Virus record (IMG/VR): IMGVR_UViG_3300027764_000017
Location: 1 to 32,903 of that record
Strand: one strand, 5' to 3'
Source: a virus
Taxonomy: Duplodnaviria; Caudoviricetes
DNA length: 32,903 bases
The position numbers and the translations under genes are program-made. The notes beneath the pieces are model-generated. The model searched no databases, was not told where the DNA came from, and saw only the letters and a list, made by a program, of their open reading frames with translations. How positions within the stretch are numbered: position 1 is the stretch's first letter; every line of letters begins with the position of its first letter. Shown one piece after another: positions 19,132 to 28,208 of the stretch.

Positions 19132-19611
19132 ATGGCAGTCTTTAATAAAAACACCTTAACCCAGGTATCAGGGTTTGACAATCAAATTATTGCTGGCGAA
19201 TTAGTCTACCAGCAAAAAACCTTTTGGAATCTGACACTTGCAAATGATGGTGTACCAGTTGATTTAACTGGAACAACTATTGATGCTCAGATTATCCGCA
19301 GACAATTAACCAATGTCCAAGATACTCGATACGGGTTATCTTTTGACATTAGCGATTACACTCCAACTCCTACTGCTGTCCCATTAACTATTACAAACAG
19401 GGTTAATGCATCAGGTCAGTTTACTTTAGTCATTGACGATACTTCTTGGCTTGCCGTTGCTGCTGACCCTGACTTAGATATTGCTTCCATCAATGGTGCT
19501 GGATTCTCAGGTCGTATTAAAATTAGCTTTCCTGTTGATGGATCAACTCCAGCCAATGATTTAGTCATCTTTCTTTTGTTTATTGTGCGATCTGATGCAA
19601 TCGTAAACTAA
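19132..19611 (+). CDS. Virion structural / fibre adaptor protein (BppU-N-like)
   Basis: 159 aa. [14 protein letters not shown] ... G.FTL.I pattern. SD GGAG. Confidence 0.55.
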   Translation: MAVFNKNTLTQVSGFDNQIIAGELVYQQKTFWNLTLANDGVPVDLTGTTIDAQIIRRQLTNVQDTRYGLSFDISDYTPTPTAVPLTITNRVNASGQFTLVIDDTSWLAVAADPDLDIASINGAGFSGRIKISFPVDGSTPANDLVIFLLFIVRSDAIVN

Positions 19612-19621
19612 GGATTGCAAA

Positions 19622-21619
19622 ATGACCGACATAACAATTCAAACCCCTGATGGTGGCAATGATGTATCAATTGAGTTAGATAAAGGTTCAGACCTTACAC
19701 TTGATGTATCTATTGGAAATGCAATTACTCTCGCAGTAGATAAGGGCATGATTGGTCCAACAGGGCCAACAGGATCACCCGGAATGCAAGGACCTACTGG
19801 ACCAACTGGGAGCCAAGGTTTATCTATTACTGGGCCAACGGGTGCAACTGGACCTACTGGTGCAGCATCAACTGCAATAGGGCCTACAGGACCTACGGGT
19901 TCACAGGGACAAATAGGTAATACAGGCCCAACTGGTTCGCAAGGAATACAAGGTATTGTTGGTCCTACAGGCCCACAAGGTATCCAAGGTATCCAGGGCA
20001 TTCAAGGCATTCAAGGTATTCAAGGCATAGTCGGTCCTACTGGTGCAATTGGCATTACTGGAGCAACTGGGCCTACTGGCGCAGCCTCCACAGTTGCTGG
20101 ACCAACTGGTCCAACTGGTAATATAGGAGCAACTGGACCTACAGGCGCACCATCTACAATTGCTGGTCCTACTGGTCCTCAAGGCATACAAGGTATTCAA
20201 GGTGACCAAGGGATACAAGGCATCGCTGGTCCTACTGGTCCTCAAGGCATACAGGGTATTCAAGGGTTTGTTGGTCCTACTGGCGCACAAGGAATACAAG
20301 GAGTAACAGGCCCAACTGGTCCTACAGGCTCACAAGGCATTCAGGGCAATAGCATTATTGGTCCAACAGGCCCAACTGGTTCTCAAGGTCCAATTGGTAC
20401 TGGCGGAACTGTTGCTTATTGGGGTGGATTCTTTGATACTACTGACCAAACTATTGCAAGCACCACAACAGCCTATCCAGTTAACCTAAATAATTCTGAT
20501 CCTGATTCTAATGGGGTTAGTGTTGTTAGTAATAATAGAATTACTTTTGCACATGATGGAGTTTATACATTTACTTATTCATTGCAAATGGTAAACACAA
20601 ATAATAACGCACAAGACACAACTGTTTGGGTTAGAAAAAATGGTACAGATGTTGTAGATTCAGCATCATTTTTTGCTGTAAACCCAGCTAGATTTGGACT
20701 TGATGGAAACTTTATTGCTGTATGCAATTACACGCTTAAATTTGTAGCTGGTGATTACATTCAGATTATGTGGCAAGCAGAAGACACAGGCGTGTCTTTA
20801 CAAACCATACCGCCTGGTACAACACCAACAACACCGCAATCGCCAAGCGCCATTGTTACGGCACAGCAAGTAACTTATACACAGCTTGGACCAACAGGGC
20901 CACAGGGTAGTGCTGGTGTAGCTGGACCTACAGGGCCTACTGGAATACAAGGTAATATTGGTAATGCTGGACCTACTGGGCCGACAGGAACAATTGGAGC
21001 CGTAGGACCTACTGGGCCACAAGGTATACAGGGTATACAAGGCGAGCAAGGAATCCAAGGAGACTTAGGCCCTACTGGACCGCAAGGTATTCAGGGCAAT
21101 TTAGGCCCTACTGGTCCGCAAGGTAATGTAGGCCCTACTGGTGCAAATGGCGATATTGGGCCAACTGGAGCAAATGGGCCAACTGGACCGCAAGGCATTC
21201 AAGGAATCCAGGGAAATGCTGGACCGACTGGACCTCAAGGGATACAAGGGGATATTGGACCAACTGGTCCACAGGGCATTCAAGGAATACAAGGAATTCA
21301 AGGTGTAACTGGACCAACAGGATCACAGGGTATTCAAGGTATTGCTGGACCAACTGGACCCCAAGGAAATATAGGTTCTACTGGTCCGCAAGGTATACAG
21401 GGGGATGCTGGACCTACAGGGCCAACAGGCGCAGCATCAACCGTATCTGGCCCAACTGGTCCAACTGGTGTTGCTGGCGGAGTATCTCAAATTATTGCTG
21501 GCACAAACATTACTATTAGTCCTACAGGTGGCACAGGTGTGGTAACAATTAACTCTGCTGGCGGTGGCGGTGGCGGCTCAACTGGATTTGAGCAAACTTT
21601 TTTATTAATGGGTGCATAA
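19622..21619 (+). CDS. Collagen-like fibre protein with an internal globular (BclA-C / C1q-like) domain
   Basis: Two long Gly-X-Y tracts (GPT, GIQ, GPQ, GAT) flank a ~160 aa beta-rich domain ([12 protein letters not shown]...GDYIQIMW...SPSAIVT). Confidence 0.9.
   Translation: MTDITIQTPDGGNDVSIELDKGSDLTLDVSIGNAITLAVDKGMIGPTGPTGSPGMQGPTGPTGSQGLSITGPTGATGPTGAASTAIGPTGPTGSQGQIGNTGPTGSQGIQGIVGPTGPQGIQGIQGIQGIQGIQGIVGPTGAIGITGATGPTGAASTVAGPTGPTGNIGATGPTGAPSTIAGPTGPQGIQGIQGDQGIQGIAGPTGPQGIQGIQGFVGPTGAQGIQGVTGPTGPTGSQGIQGNSIIGPTGPTGSQGPIGTGGTVAYWGGFFDTTDQTIASTTTAYPVNLNNSDPDSNGVSVVSNNRITFAHDGVYTFTYSLQMVNTNNNAQDTTVWVRKNGTDVVDSASFFAVNPARFGLDGNFIAVCNYTLKFVAGDYIQIMWQAEDTGVSLQTIPPGTTPTTPQSPSAIVTAQQVTYTQLGPTGPQGSAGVAGPTGPTGIQGNIGNAGPTGPTGTIGAVGPTGPQGIQGIQGEQGIQGDLGPTGPQGIQGNLGPTGPQGNVGPTGANGDIGPTGANGPTGPQGIQGIQGNAGPTGPQGIQGDIGPTGPQGIQGIQGIQGVTGPTGSQGIQGIAGPTGPQGNIGSTGPQGIQGDAGPTGPTGAASTVSGPTGPTGVAGGVSQIIAGTNITISPTGGTGVVTINSAGGGGGGSTGFEQTFLLMGA
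19753..21475 (+). repeat. 9-bp-unit collagen repeats (two tracts, ~19753-20400 and ~20888-21475)
   Basis: Recurrent ggNccNacN and ggNatNcaR units. Longer duplicated blocks include gctggtcctactggtcctcaaggcataca at ~20162 and ~20225. Confidence 0.9.
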
Positions 21620-21620
21620 C

Positions 21621-21947
21621 ATGGCAACAGTTTACAAAGTTCTTGGGCAATCAAACCCATCAGCAACTACTAACACTACTCTTTACACAGTACCTTCTGC
21701 TACAAGTGCTGTTGTATCTACTCTTTCTATTACTAACCTTGGTGTATCTACTACCTTTCGTGTGGCAGTAAGACCTTCTGGGGCAAGCATAGCAAATGAA
21801 CATTACATTGTTTATGATTCAACAATTAATGCTGGGGCTTCTATTTATCTTACTATTGGAGTGTCACTTGCTACAACTGATGTAGTAACTGTATATGCTG
21901 GTACAGCTACTTTAGCGTTTAGTCTTTTTGGTTCTGAGGTTTCCTAA
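21621..21947 (+). CDS. Small virion beta-sandwich protein (MATVYKVLGQ...)
   Basis: 108 aa from ATG 21621, directly after the collagen stop. Thr/Ser/Val-rich with TLYTVP and FGSE motifs. Confidence 0.7.
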   Translation: MATVYKVLGQSNPSATTNTTLYTVPSATSAVVSTLSITNLGVSTTFRVAVRPSGASIANEHYIVYDSTINAGASIYLTIGVSLATTDVVTVYAGTATLAFSLFGSEVS

Positions 21948-23752
21948 TGTCAGTACGATTTGTAAACAACAACTCTAGTAACAATACAGATGTTGTAGCT
22001 AAGACATTTCCTAGTGTTAGCCCACCGCCATTAATGCCTTGGGTGCGTAACCCAAGTTGGCCGCCTTGTGAAGCTAATAGTGGTGACAACAGAGTTCGTG
22101 GCTTATACGCTGTATTCCCTAGTGGCAGTAACTTTATTGCAATGATTGCAACTGATGCGTACACAGTTGATTATGGCGATGGCACTACTACTAATTATGC
22201 AACAGGGGTACAAGCAAACTACGAGTACGACTACAATGACGCTAATTTAGTTGGCACAGAAGCCCCTGTAACCTTTACAGATTCAACTGATACTGTAAAT
22301 AGAACAGCACATGGCTATACCAATGGTATGCAAGTGCAGTTTTTTAATATTACGACTACTACAGGCATTGTTAATGCTCAGATTTACCTTGTTATAAATG
22401 CCACAACCGATACATTTCAAGTTTCTGATACATCGGGTGGCTCTGCAATTGCATTAACAAATGATGGTACAGGTCAGTTATTACCTTATCGTATTGCTAC
22501 AGTTACTATTACACCACAAGGCGGTAGTAATTTAACTAGTGTTAGTACAAATGTTAGACATAATCAGGCTAGTTTACAAGCATACTCTACTGGATGGCTA
22601 GATTTAGCAATAGCTTCTTCTACAATTACAAGTTTTGGAATTGGTGCCGCAAGTCTTGCAGTAAGACAGAATAACCTTAAAAGTATAAAAGTAAATCAAG
22701 TAGGTGCATTTACAAACTTTTCTGATTTTTGTAGAAATCTTACAGCATTACAAAATATAGAAATTAATAATGCTATTAATATAGTATTGATGCTTAATAT
22801 GTTTTTTGGTTGCACTAGCTTACAAACAGTACCACTATTTAATACTGCTAATGTTACAAATATGACAAATATGTTTGCTAGTTGCACTAGTTTACAAACA
22901 GTTCCTTTATTTAATACTGCTTCTGTTGGAAGTATGGGTGGTATGTTTGGTAATTGCACTAGTTTACAAACAGTTCCACTATTTAATACTGCCGCTAATA
23001 CAAGTATGCAACAAATGTTTGATACTTGCACTAGTTTACAAACAGTTCCTTTATTTAATACTGCTTCTGTTGGAAATATGCAAAATGCGTTTAGAAATTG
23101 CACTACTTTAAAAACAGTACCAGCATTTAATCTTGCTTCTGCTACAAATATGATTGGTGTGTTTCTTGGTTGCACAACTTTACAAACAGTTCCATTATTC
23201 AACATTAGAACTGCTAGCGCTGTAGATATGAGTACCATGTTTAATGGATGCACAACTTTAAAAACAGTACCACTATTTAATACTGTTGCTGTTACAAATA
23301 TGAGTAGTATGTTTAATGGATGCACAACTTTACAAACAGTACCACTATTTAATACTGTTGCTGTTACAAATATGAGTAGTATGTTTCAAAGTTGCACAAC
23401 TTTACAAACAGTACCACTATTCAATACTTCTGTTGTTACAGCTACAGGTGGTATGTTTAATGGATGCATTACCTTATCTAGCGTGCCAGCATTAATAACC
23501 ACAGCAGTTACATCTTCAGCAAACTTTGTTAATATGTTTAATAATTGTCAAAGCCTTGCTCGCATAGAAGCAAAGAATTTTAGATTTACCTTTTCGGTAT
23601 TAAATTGCAAATTATCTGCTACATCACTAAATGAAATTTACACTAACTTACCAGTAGCCGTAGGGCAGACAATTACTGTTACTGGAAACTATGGAACAAC
23701 TGGAGATGACCCAACTATTGCTATAGCTAAAGGCTGGACTGTTACAGGATAA
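21947..23752 (+). CDS. BspA / DUF285-like leucine-rich-repeat protein, putative adhesin or receptor-binding protein
   Basis: 601 aa. PKD-like YTVDYGDG, ~10 tandem 24-aa repeats CTxLxTVPLFNTxxVxxMxxMFxx, C-terminal IA.AKGWTV cap. Confidence 0.85.
   Translation: MSVRFVNNNSSNNTDVVAKTFPSVSPPPLMPWVRNPSWPPCEANSGDNRVRGLYAVFPSGSNFIAMIATDAYTVDYGDGTTTNYATGVQANYEYDYNDANLVGTEAPVTFTDSTDTVNRTAHGYTNGMQVQFFNITTTTGIVNAQIYLVINATTDTFQVSDTSGGSAIALTNDGTGQLLPYRIATVTITPQGGSNLTSVSTNVRHNQASLQAYSTGWLDLAIASSTITSFGIGAASLAVRQNNLKSIKVNQVGAFTNFSDFCRNLTALQNIEINNAINIVLMLNMFFGCTSLQTVPLFNTANVTNMTNMFASCTSLQTVPLFNTASVGSMGGMFGNCTSLQTVPLFNTAANTSMQQMFDTCTSLQTVPLFNTASVGNMQNAFRNCTTLKTVPAFNLASATNMIGVFLGCTTLQTVPLFNIRTASAVDMSTMFNGCTTLKTVPLFNTVAVTNMSSMFNGCTTLQTVPLFNTVAVTNMSSMFQSCTTLQTVPLFNTSVVTATGGMFNGCITLSSVPALITTAVTSSANFVNMFNNCQSLARIEAKNFRFTFSVLNCKLSATSLNEIYTNLPVAVGQTITVTGNYGTTGDDPTIAIAKGWTVTG
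22811..23545 (+). repeat. 72-bp tandem repeat array encoding the LRRs
   Basis: TGC-initiated units at 22811, 22883, 22955, 23027, 23099, 23171 (78 bp), 23249, 23321, 23393, 23465. Confidence 0.9.
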
Positions 23753-23755
23753 ATT

Positions 23756-23944
23756 ATGGAAAATACATCAGGATTTTATAAGTTAGATGGGGATTTATTA
23801 TTTGGTCCGCACTATGTCCTTAACGCAAATTACGAACTATATCGTGATAAGCATACTGAATACACCTACCCCGTTGCTGGTTGGTATTGGTTTGACACAA
23901 AAGAACAGGCTAGGGAATTCTTTGGATTGCCATCAATAATTTAA
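23756..23944 (+). CDS. Small hypothetical protein
   Basis: 62 aa, aromatic-rich (Y.YPV.GWYWFD). SD AGGA. Directly follows the LRR gene. Confidence 0.65.
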   Translation: MENTSGFYKLDGDLLFGPHYVLNANYELYRDKHTEYTYPVAGWYWFDTKEQAREFFGLPSII

Positions 23945-23962
23945 AACAACACAGGATAAGAT

Positions 23963-25006
23963 ATGAAAATAGCAGTTTACGCAATAGCAAAGAATGAAGA
24001 ACAATTTGTAGAAAGATTTTGTAGTTCCGCTAAAGATGCTGATTTAATATTAATAGCGGATACAGGATCTACAGATAAAACAAAGATAAAGGCAATTGAA
24101 AATGGGGCTTTGGTTTATGATATTTGCGTTAACCCTTGGCGGTTCGATACTGCTAGGGATACCGCTTTGGCCCTCATACCATCGGACATAGATGTCTGCA
24201 TCAGCTTAGATCTTGATGAAGTATTACAAGATGGTTGGCGAGAAGAAATAGAGCGAGTATGGAAATCCGATACAACTAGACTGCGCTATAAGTTTGATTG
24301 GGGATGCGGCATTGAGTTCTATTATGAAAAAATCCACCATCGGCATGGCTACTATTGGAAGAACCCAGTCCATGAATACCCAATGCCTCGATTTGGCACT
24401 AATGAAATCTATGCCCAAACTGACAAACTCCTGGTAGTTCATAAACCTGATAACAATAAATCAAGGGGGCAATATTTACCTTTGCTTGAGTTGTCCGTCA
24501 AAGAAGATCCGCATGAGCCTAGAAATGCTTTCTATTATGCTAGAGAGTTGACCTTTTACTCTAAATGGTTAGATGCTATTGTTGCCCTCAATAAATACTT
24601 AGATATGCCAGAGGCTACTTGGATTAATGAAAGAGCCTATGCAATGCGATTGCTTGGCAAATGCTATGACCAACTAGGACAAGATGGTAGAGATTGGTAC
24701 AGAAAAGCCTGTAAAGAAGCACCCAATACTAGAGAGGTATGGGTTGAATTGGCGCAATCTTGCTATGCAAAACAAGACTGGGAAGAATGCTTTTCTTCTT
24801 GTAATACCGCTTTAGAAATTAAAGATAAAGAATTAGTTTATACAATGAATCCAGAGGTTTGGGGAGCATTGCCCCATGATTTATTGGCAATATCCGCATA
24901 TTATTTAGGTAATAATACAATGGCTATTACTCATGGTAAACTTGCCCTAGAATTAGACCCAGATAATACAAGACTGATAAACAATTTAAACTATTATCTG
25001 GAGTAG
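23963..25006 (+). CDS. Glycosyltransferase family 2 with C-terminal TPRs
   Basis: IAVYAIAKNEE, DTGSTD.T, F..AR..AL and LDLDE (DxD) motifs, then TPR-like helices (PR..FYYAREL, A..E.P...E, ALEL.P...RL..NL). Confidence 0.9.
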   Translation: MKIAVYAIAKNEEQFVERFCSSAKDADLILIADTGSTDKTKIKAIENGALVYDICVNPWRFDTARDTALALIPSDIDVCISLDLDEVLQDGWREEIERVWKSDTTRLRYKFDWGCGIEFYYEKIHHRHGYYWKNPVHEYPMPRFGTNEIYAQTDKLLVVHKPDNNKSRGQYLPLLELSVKEDPHEPRNAFYYARELTFYSKWLDAIVALNKYLDMPEATWINERAYAMRLLGKCYDQLGQDGRDWYRKACKEAPNTREVWVELAQSCYAKQDWEECFSSCNTALEIKDKELVYTMNPEVWGALPHDLLAISAYYLGNNTMAITHGKLALELDPDNTRLINNLNYYLE

Positions 25007-25008
25007 TT

Positions 25009-25257
25009 ATGGCTTTAAATCAACTTGATAAAGAAGAACTTGTAATACTTCTTAAAGAAGTAATCTCCGAAGCCGTAGAGCAACATCCGCTATCAGATGA
25101 TGAAGTCAAATGGGTTCGATTGGCAATAGAAGCAGAAGCCAAAAGAGCCGCTTTCCGCAAAGCTGTTATTGAAAAAACCTTTCTTGGATTACTAAGTTCA
25201 GCATTAATAGCTATTGCTATGTACGGATTTGAATTCTTTAAGGCGCATTGGAAGTGA
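25009..25257 (+). CDS. Small membrane protein in the lysis cassette (holin/antiholin-like)
   Basis: 82 aa with a charged N-terminus and one C-terminal TM segment (FLGLLSSALIAIAMYGF). SD GGAG. Confidence 0.55.
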   Translation: MALNQLDKEELVILLKEVISEAVEQHPLSDDEVKWVRLAIEAEAKRAAFRKAVIEKTFLGLLSSALIAIAMYGFEFFKAHWK

Positions 25258-25751
25258 ACTGGCTTCAGCAAATTGCCCCTACTATTGCCACTTGTCTTGG
25301 TGGCCCACTTGCCGGACTTGCTGTTGCAGCAGTATCTAAAGCATTAAATATATCATCCGATTCTGTTCAATCTATATTAGAATCTGGCAAATTAGATGCT
25401 AAACAAATAGCTGACATCAAGTTAGCTGAGATTGAACTACAAAAACAGGAGCAACAACTTGGACTTAATTTTGAACAATTGGCGGTTCAAGACAGAGCTT
25501 CTGCTAGAGATCTGCAAAAGACTACTGGTTCTTTTGTGCCTCCTAGCCTTGCCATTCTTGTTACTACCGGGTTTTTTGGTATTCTTGGTTATCTTATGGT
25601 TCATCCAGCAGATACTGGAAATACACCCCTAATGATTATGCTTGGCTCATTGGGTACGGCCTGGACAGGAATCATTGCCTTTTACTTTGGTTCTTCTGCA
25701 AGCAGTAGAGCAAAAGACCAAATGCTTTTTAACTCTACACCAATTAAATGA
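25254..25751 (+). CDS. Holin (3TM / GTA-release-holin-like); likely GTG start 25254
   Basis: NWLQQIAPTIAT.LGGPLAG, DR.SAR, two C-terminal TMs ending ii.FYFGSS. GTGA overlap upstream and adjacent to the endolysin. Confidence 0.75.
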   Translation: MNWLQQIAPTIATCLGGPLAGLAVAAVSKALNISSDSVQSILESGKLDAKQIADIKLAEIELQKQEQQLGLNFEQLAVQDRASARDLQKTTGSFVPPSLAILVTTGFFGILGYLMVHPADTGNTPLMIMLGSLGTAWTGIIAFYFGSSASSRAKDQMLFNSTPIK

Positions 25752-26290
25752 AAAATAATTTCGAACAAAGCCTAACAAATTTGTTAGGTTCGGAGGGTGG
25801 TTATCAAGACGATCCTAGAGACTCTGGCAATCATCTATTTGATGGTAGAAAAGGCTGCACCAATTGGGGTGTTACTCAGTCAGCATGGGAAGCCTATGTA
25901 GGCCATAAAGTATCTAATGCAGATATGAGAAATCTAACAAGGGAGAAAATTAGTGACTTTTATAGGAAAAAGTATTGGGATGTTTGCCAATGCGATGCTT
26001 TGCCTACAGCTATTGATTATCTTGTTTTTGATTTTGCTGTCAATAGTGGCCCCGGAACAGCTATTAAAAGACTGCAAGAATCTGTTAATTGCACTCCTGA
26101 TGGCATTGTTGGGCCAAGAACTTTGCAATATATTAATAGTTTTAACACAACAGACTTAATTGATAAGTATAGTTCCGCTAAAGAAATATATTACAAAGGA
26201 CTAAAGAGCTTTCCTACTTTCGGTAAAGGCTGGTTAAACCGCATTGAGGAAGTTAAAACAATAGCACTTAAAATGATTAGAGAAAACTAA
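25748..26290 (+). CDS. Endolysin, glycoside hydrolase family 108 with peptidoglycan-binding C-terminus
   Basis: EGGY...P.D.G, T.WGVT, FD.AVNSG...A.K.LQ, DG.VGP.TL and F..FGKGW.NR motifs. Confidence 0.93.
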   Translation: MKNNFEQSLTNLLGSEGGYQDDPRDSGNHLFDGRKGCTNWGVTQSAWEAYVGHKVSNADMRNLTREKISDFYRKKYWDVCQCDALPTAIDYLVFDFAVNSGPGTAIKRLQESVNCTPDGIVGPRTLQYINSFNTTDLIDKYSSAKEIYYKGLKSFPTFGKGWLNRIEEVKTIALKMIREN

Positions 26291-27258
26291 TGAGATATTC
26301 TGTTGCTGATGATAAAAATTTTATTGCGCTTTGGAAGAAATTAGGATCGCCTACCTTAGTTGGGAAACAGCTTGGAATGAATCCTAGAAGTGCAATGACA
26401 AGGCGGAGAAACCTTGAGATTAGATATGGCATAGAGTTGCCAACAACTAATTCATTAAGAGACCCTAAGAAGCCTAAGAAGATTGATCAAACACCTCACA
26501 ATGTCCGTAGAGGAATTGCGGTTGATAAGGTTAAAAAAGTTATTGTATTTTCTGATGCTCACTTTACAGATGAAACAACTACTGCATTTAAGGCTTTGCT
26601 AAAGTTTATTAAGAAATATAAACCTCAAGTCATTATTTGTAATGGCGATGCTTTTGATGGTCAAGTTCTTAGTCGATTCCCATCTATTAATTATGATGCA
26701 AAGCCAACAGTATTAGAGGAGTTGGAAGCCTGTAGATGGCATCTTGGTGAAATAGAAAAAATTAGACCTCCTGGTTGCGAATTAATTTGGACTCTTGGTA
26801 ACCATGATATGCGCTATGAATCTTGGCTTGTAAACAAGGTTCCCGAATATTCTGGTGTAGATGGATTTAGTCTTAAATATCACTTCCCCGAATGGAAAAC
26901 TTGTTGGTCATATTGGATTGGTGAAGAAACTATTATCAAGCACCGATATAAAGGTGGTCGAACTGCTGGCTATTCCAATTTGACCGCAGCCGGAAATACA
27001 AACATCATTACAGGCCATACCCATGTCCTCTGTTCTAGTCCAATCAGTAACTACCAGGGAACCTTTTGGGGGGTTCAGACCGGATGCCTAGCCGATCCTA
27101 TGTCAAGCACCTTTGAATACTGTGAGGATAGCCCTAAAGACTGGAGATCAGGATTTGTAATGCTATCTTTTGACCAAGGCAGAATGCTAATGCCAGAATT
27201 AATTATGGTATGCGGTGAAGATGAGGTTGAGTTCAGAGGAGAGATCCTTAGTGTATGA
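26290..27258 (+). CDS. Calcineurin-like metallophosphoesterase with an N-terminal HTH-like region
   Basis: SDAH, NGDAFD, GNHD, H and GHTH motifs in the canonical order. Confidence 0.88.
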   Translation: MRYSVADDKNFIALWKKLGSPTLVGKQLGMNPRSAMTRRRNLEIRYGIELPTTNSLRDPKKPKKIDQTPHNVRRGIAVDKVKKVIVFSDAHFTDETTTAFKALLKFIKKYKPQVIICNGDAFDGQVLSRFPSINYDAKPTVLEELEACRWHLGEIEKIRPPGCELIWTLGNHDMRYESWLVNKVPEYSGVDGFSLKYHFPEWKTCWSYWIGEETIIKHRYKGGRTAGYSNLTAAGNTNIITGHTHVLCSSPISNYQGTFWGVQTGCLADPMSSTFEYCEDSPKDWRSGFVMLSFDQGRMLMPELIMVCGEDEVEFRGEILSV

Positions 27259-27686
27259 AATACTTTATTCGCAAGGTCAATGGCAAAAGCAAAAGAGTGC
27301 AAAACACTTTAATGCGACTGCAAAAGGAAATACTTCCTTCTGACACACCATGCGATGTCTCTGAGGGCCATTGGTGGATTGCCTATACCGATACTAACAA
27401 ACCAGTAGCATTTGCTGGTATGAAGCAATCTAGCCAGTTTACTGACTGTGTATTCCTACATAGGGCTGGTGTATCAGATGACCATACTGGCAATGCACTA
27501 CAAAAAAGACTAATTAAAGCTAGGCTTCACAAAGCAAGGTCAATGGGGTTTAAATGGGCCGTAACCGATACAACAAAAAACCCACCATCATCAAATTCAT
27601 TGATTAATTGTGGGTTCAAAATGTATAAGCCAAGTAAACCTTGGGCTTGGGATTGGTCTTGCTATTGGCGGTTAAAAATAAATTAA
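27255..27686 (+). CDS. GNAT family acetyltransferase
   Basis: VAFAG, L.RAGV....TGNALQKRLI (motif A variant) and N.PS.NSL..CGF. Confidence 0.85.
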   Translation: MKYFIRKVNGKSKRVQNTLMRLQKEILPSDTPCDVSEGHWWIAYTDTNKPVAFAGMKQSSQFTDCVFLHRAGVSDDHTGNALQKRLIKARLHKARSMGFKWAVTDTTKNPPSSNSLINCGFKMYKPSKPWAWDWSCYWRLKIN

Positions 27687-27697
27687 ATATATATAAG

Positions 27698-27817
27698 TCA
27701 CACATTTCGATGGTAATGATCTTTAGGGTTATTAAGCATTGATTTAATAAGCTCATCTATACTAAAGAACCATTGAATAATTTTCATTCCTGTGTGCGTA
27801 TATATAGTAAAACTCAT
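27698..27817 (-). CDS. Small hypothetical protein, 39 aa (not in ORF track)
   Basis: Manual translation: MSFTIYTHTGMKIIQWFFSIDELIKSMLNNPKDHYHRNV*. Starts 4 nt after the stop of 27822..28208 and fills the gap. Confidence 0.55.
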   Translation of the reverse strand: MSFTIYTHTGMKIIQWFFSIDELIKSMLNNPKDHYHRNV

Positions 27818-27821
27818 AAAA

Positions 27822-28208
27822 TTAAAACCAACTAGCAGCAATATCCCTACGGGGTTCAAACTTAGGTTCTACCAAGTCATATTTATATGGCTGCATTATT
27901 AACTCATTAGACTTAATCTTTGTTTCATGCCTTTTGGTCAATTCGCACCTTGTCATGGTTGTTGGCTTTTCAGCATCAAATGAGTTGCCTTCCATAAAAT
28001 ATGGGCTTGGCATACCGCTAGTCCGGTTCCAAAAAGCAATATAAATCCTTTTGCTTGCTTTGAGTTCTGCAAGGTAGTCATCTACAGTTTGTTGAGCTAG
28101 GAACATTACATCTTTAAGTTGCCGTCTATTCATGGCCTCTTTGCTAACTAACTGCAACAATCGATTTAAATTAGCGGTTCTTTTTGCTTTTTGTGTATCT
28201 TGACTCAT
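27822..28208 (-). CDS. Hypothetical protein, possible winged-helix DNA-binding
   Basis: 128 aa, basic. LL.L.....M.R.QL.......QTV..YL.EL.....IYI..W pattern. ATGA overlap. Confidence 0.55.
   Translation of the reverse strand: MSQDTQKAKRTANLNRLLQLVSKEAMNRRQLKDVMFLAQQTVDDYLAELKASKRIYIAFWNRTSGMPSPYFMEGNSFDAEKPTTMTRCELTKRHETKIKSNELIMQPYKYDLVEPKFEPRRDIAASWF

Noticed and set aside
19639-21353. Several minus-strand Pro/Gly/Cys-rich ORFs
   Set aside because: Antisense shadows of the collagen repeats, with no RBS or operon context.
22696-23325. 209-aa minus-strand ORF with repeats
   Set aside because: Antisense shadow of the LRR repeat gene.
22811-23545. Possible diversity-generating retroelement target: many variable LRR codons are NNT, reachable from AAT by A-to-N changes
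   Set aside because: No reverse transcriptase or separate template repeat in the window, several changes are at non-A positions (ATG to GCG, CAA, GGA), and T-ending codons are the genome-wide bias.
22811-23545. CRISPR-like appearance (constant ~36 bp plus variable ~36 bp units)
   Set aside because: The array is in frame within a 601-aa ORF, the constant parts vary at synonymous sites, the variable parts are homologous to each other, and no cas genes are present.
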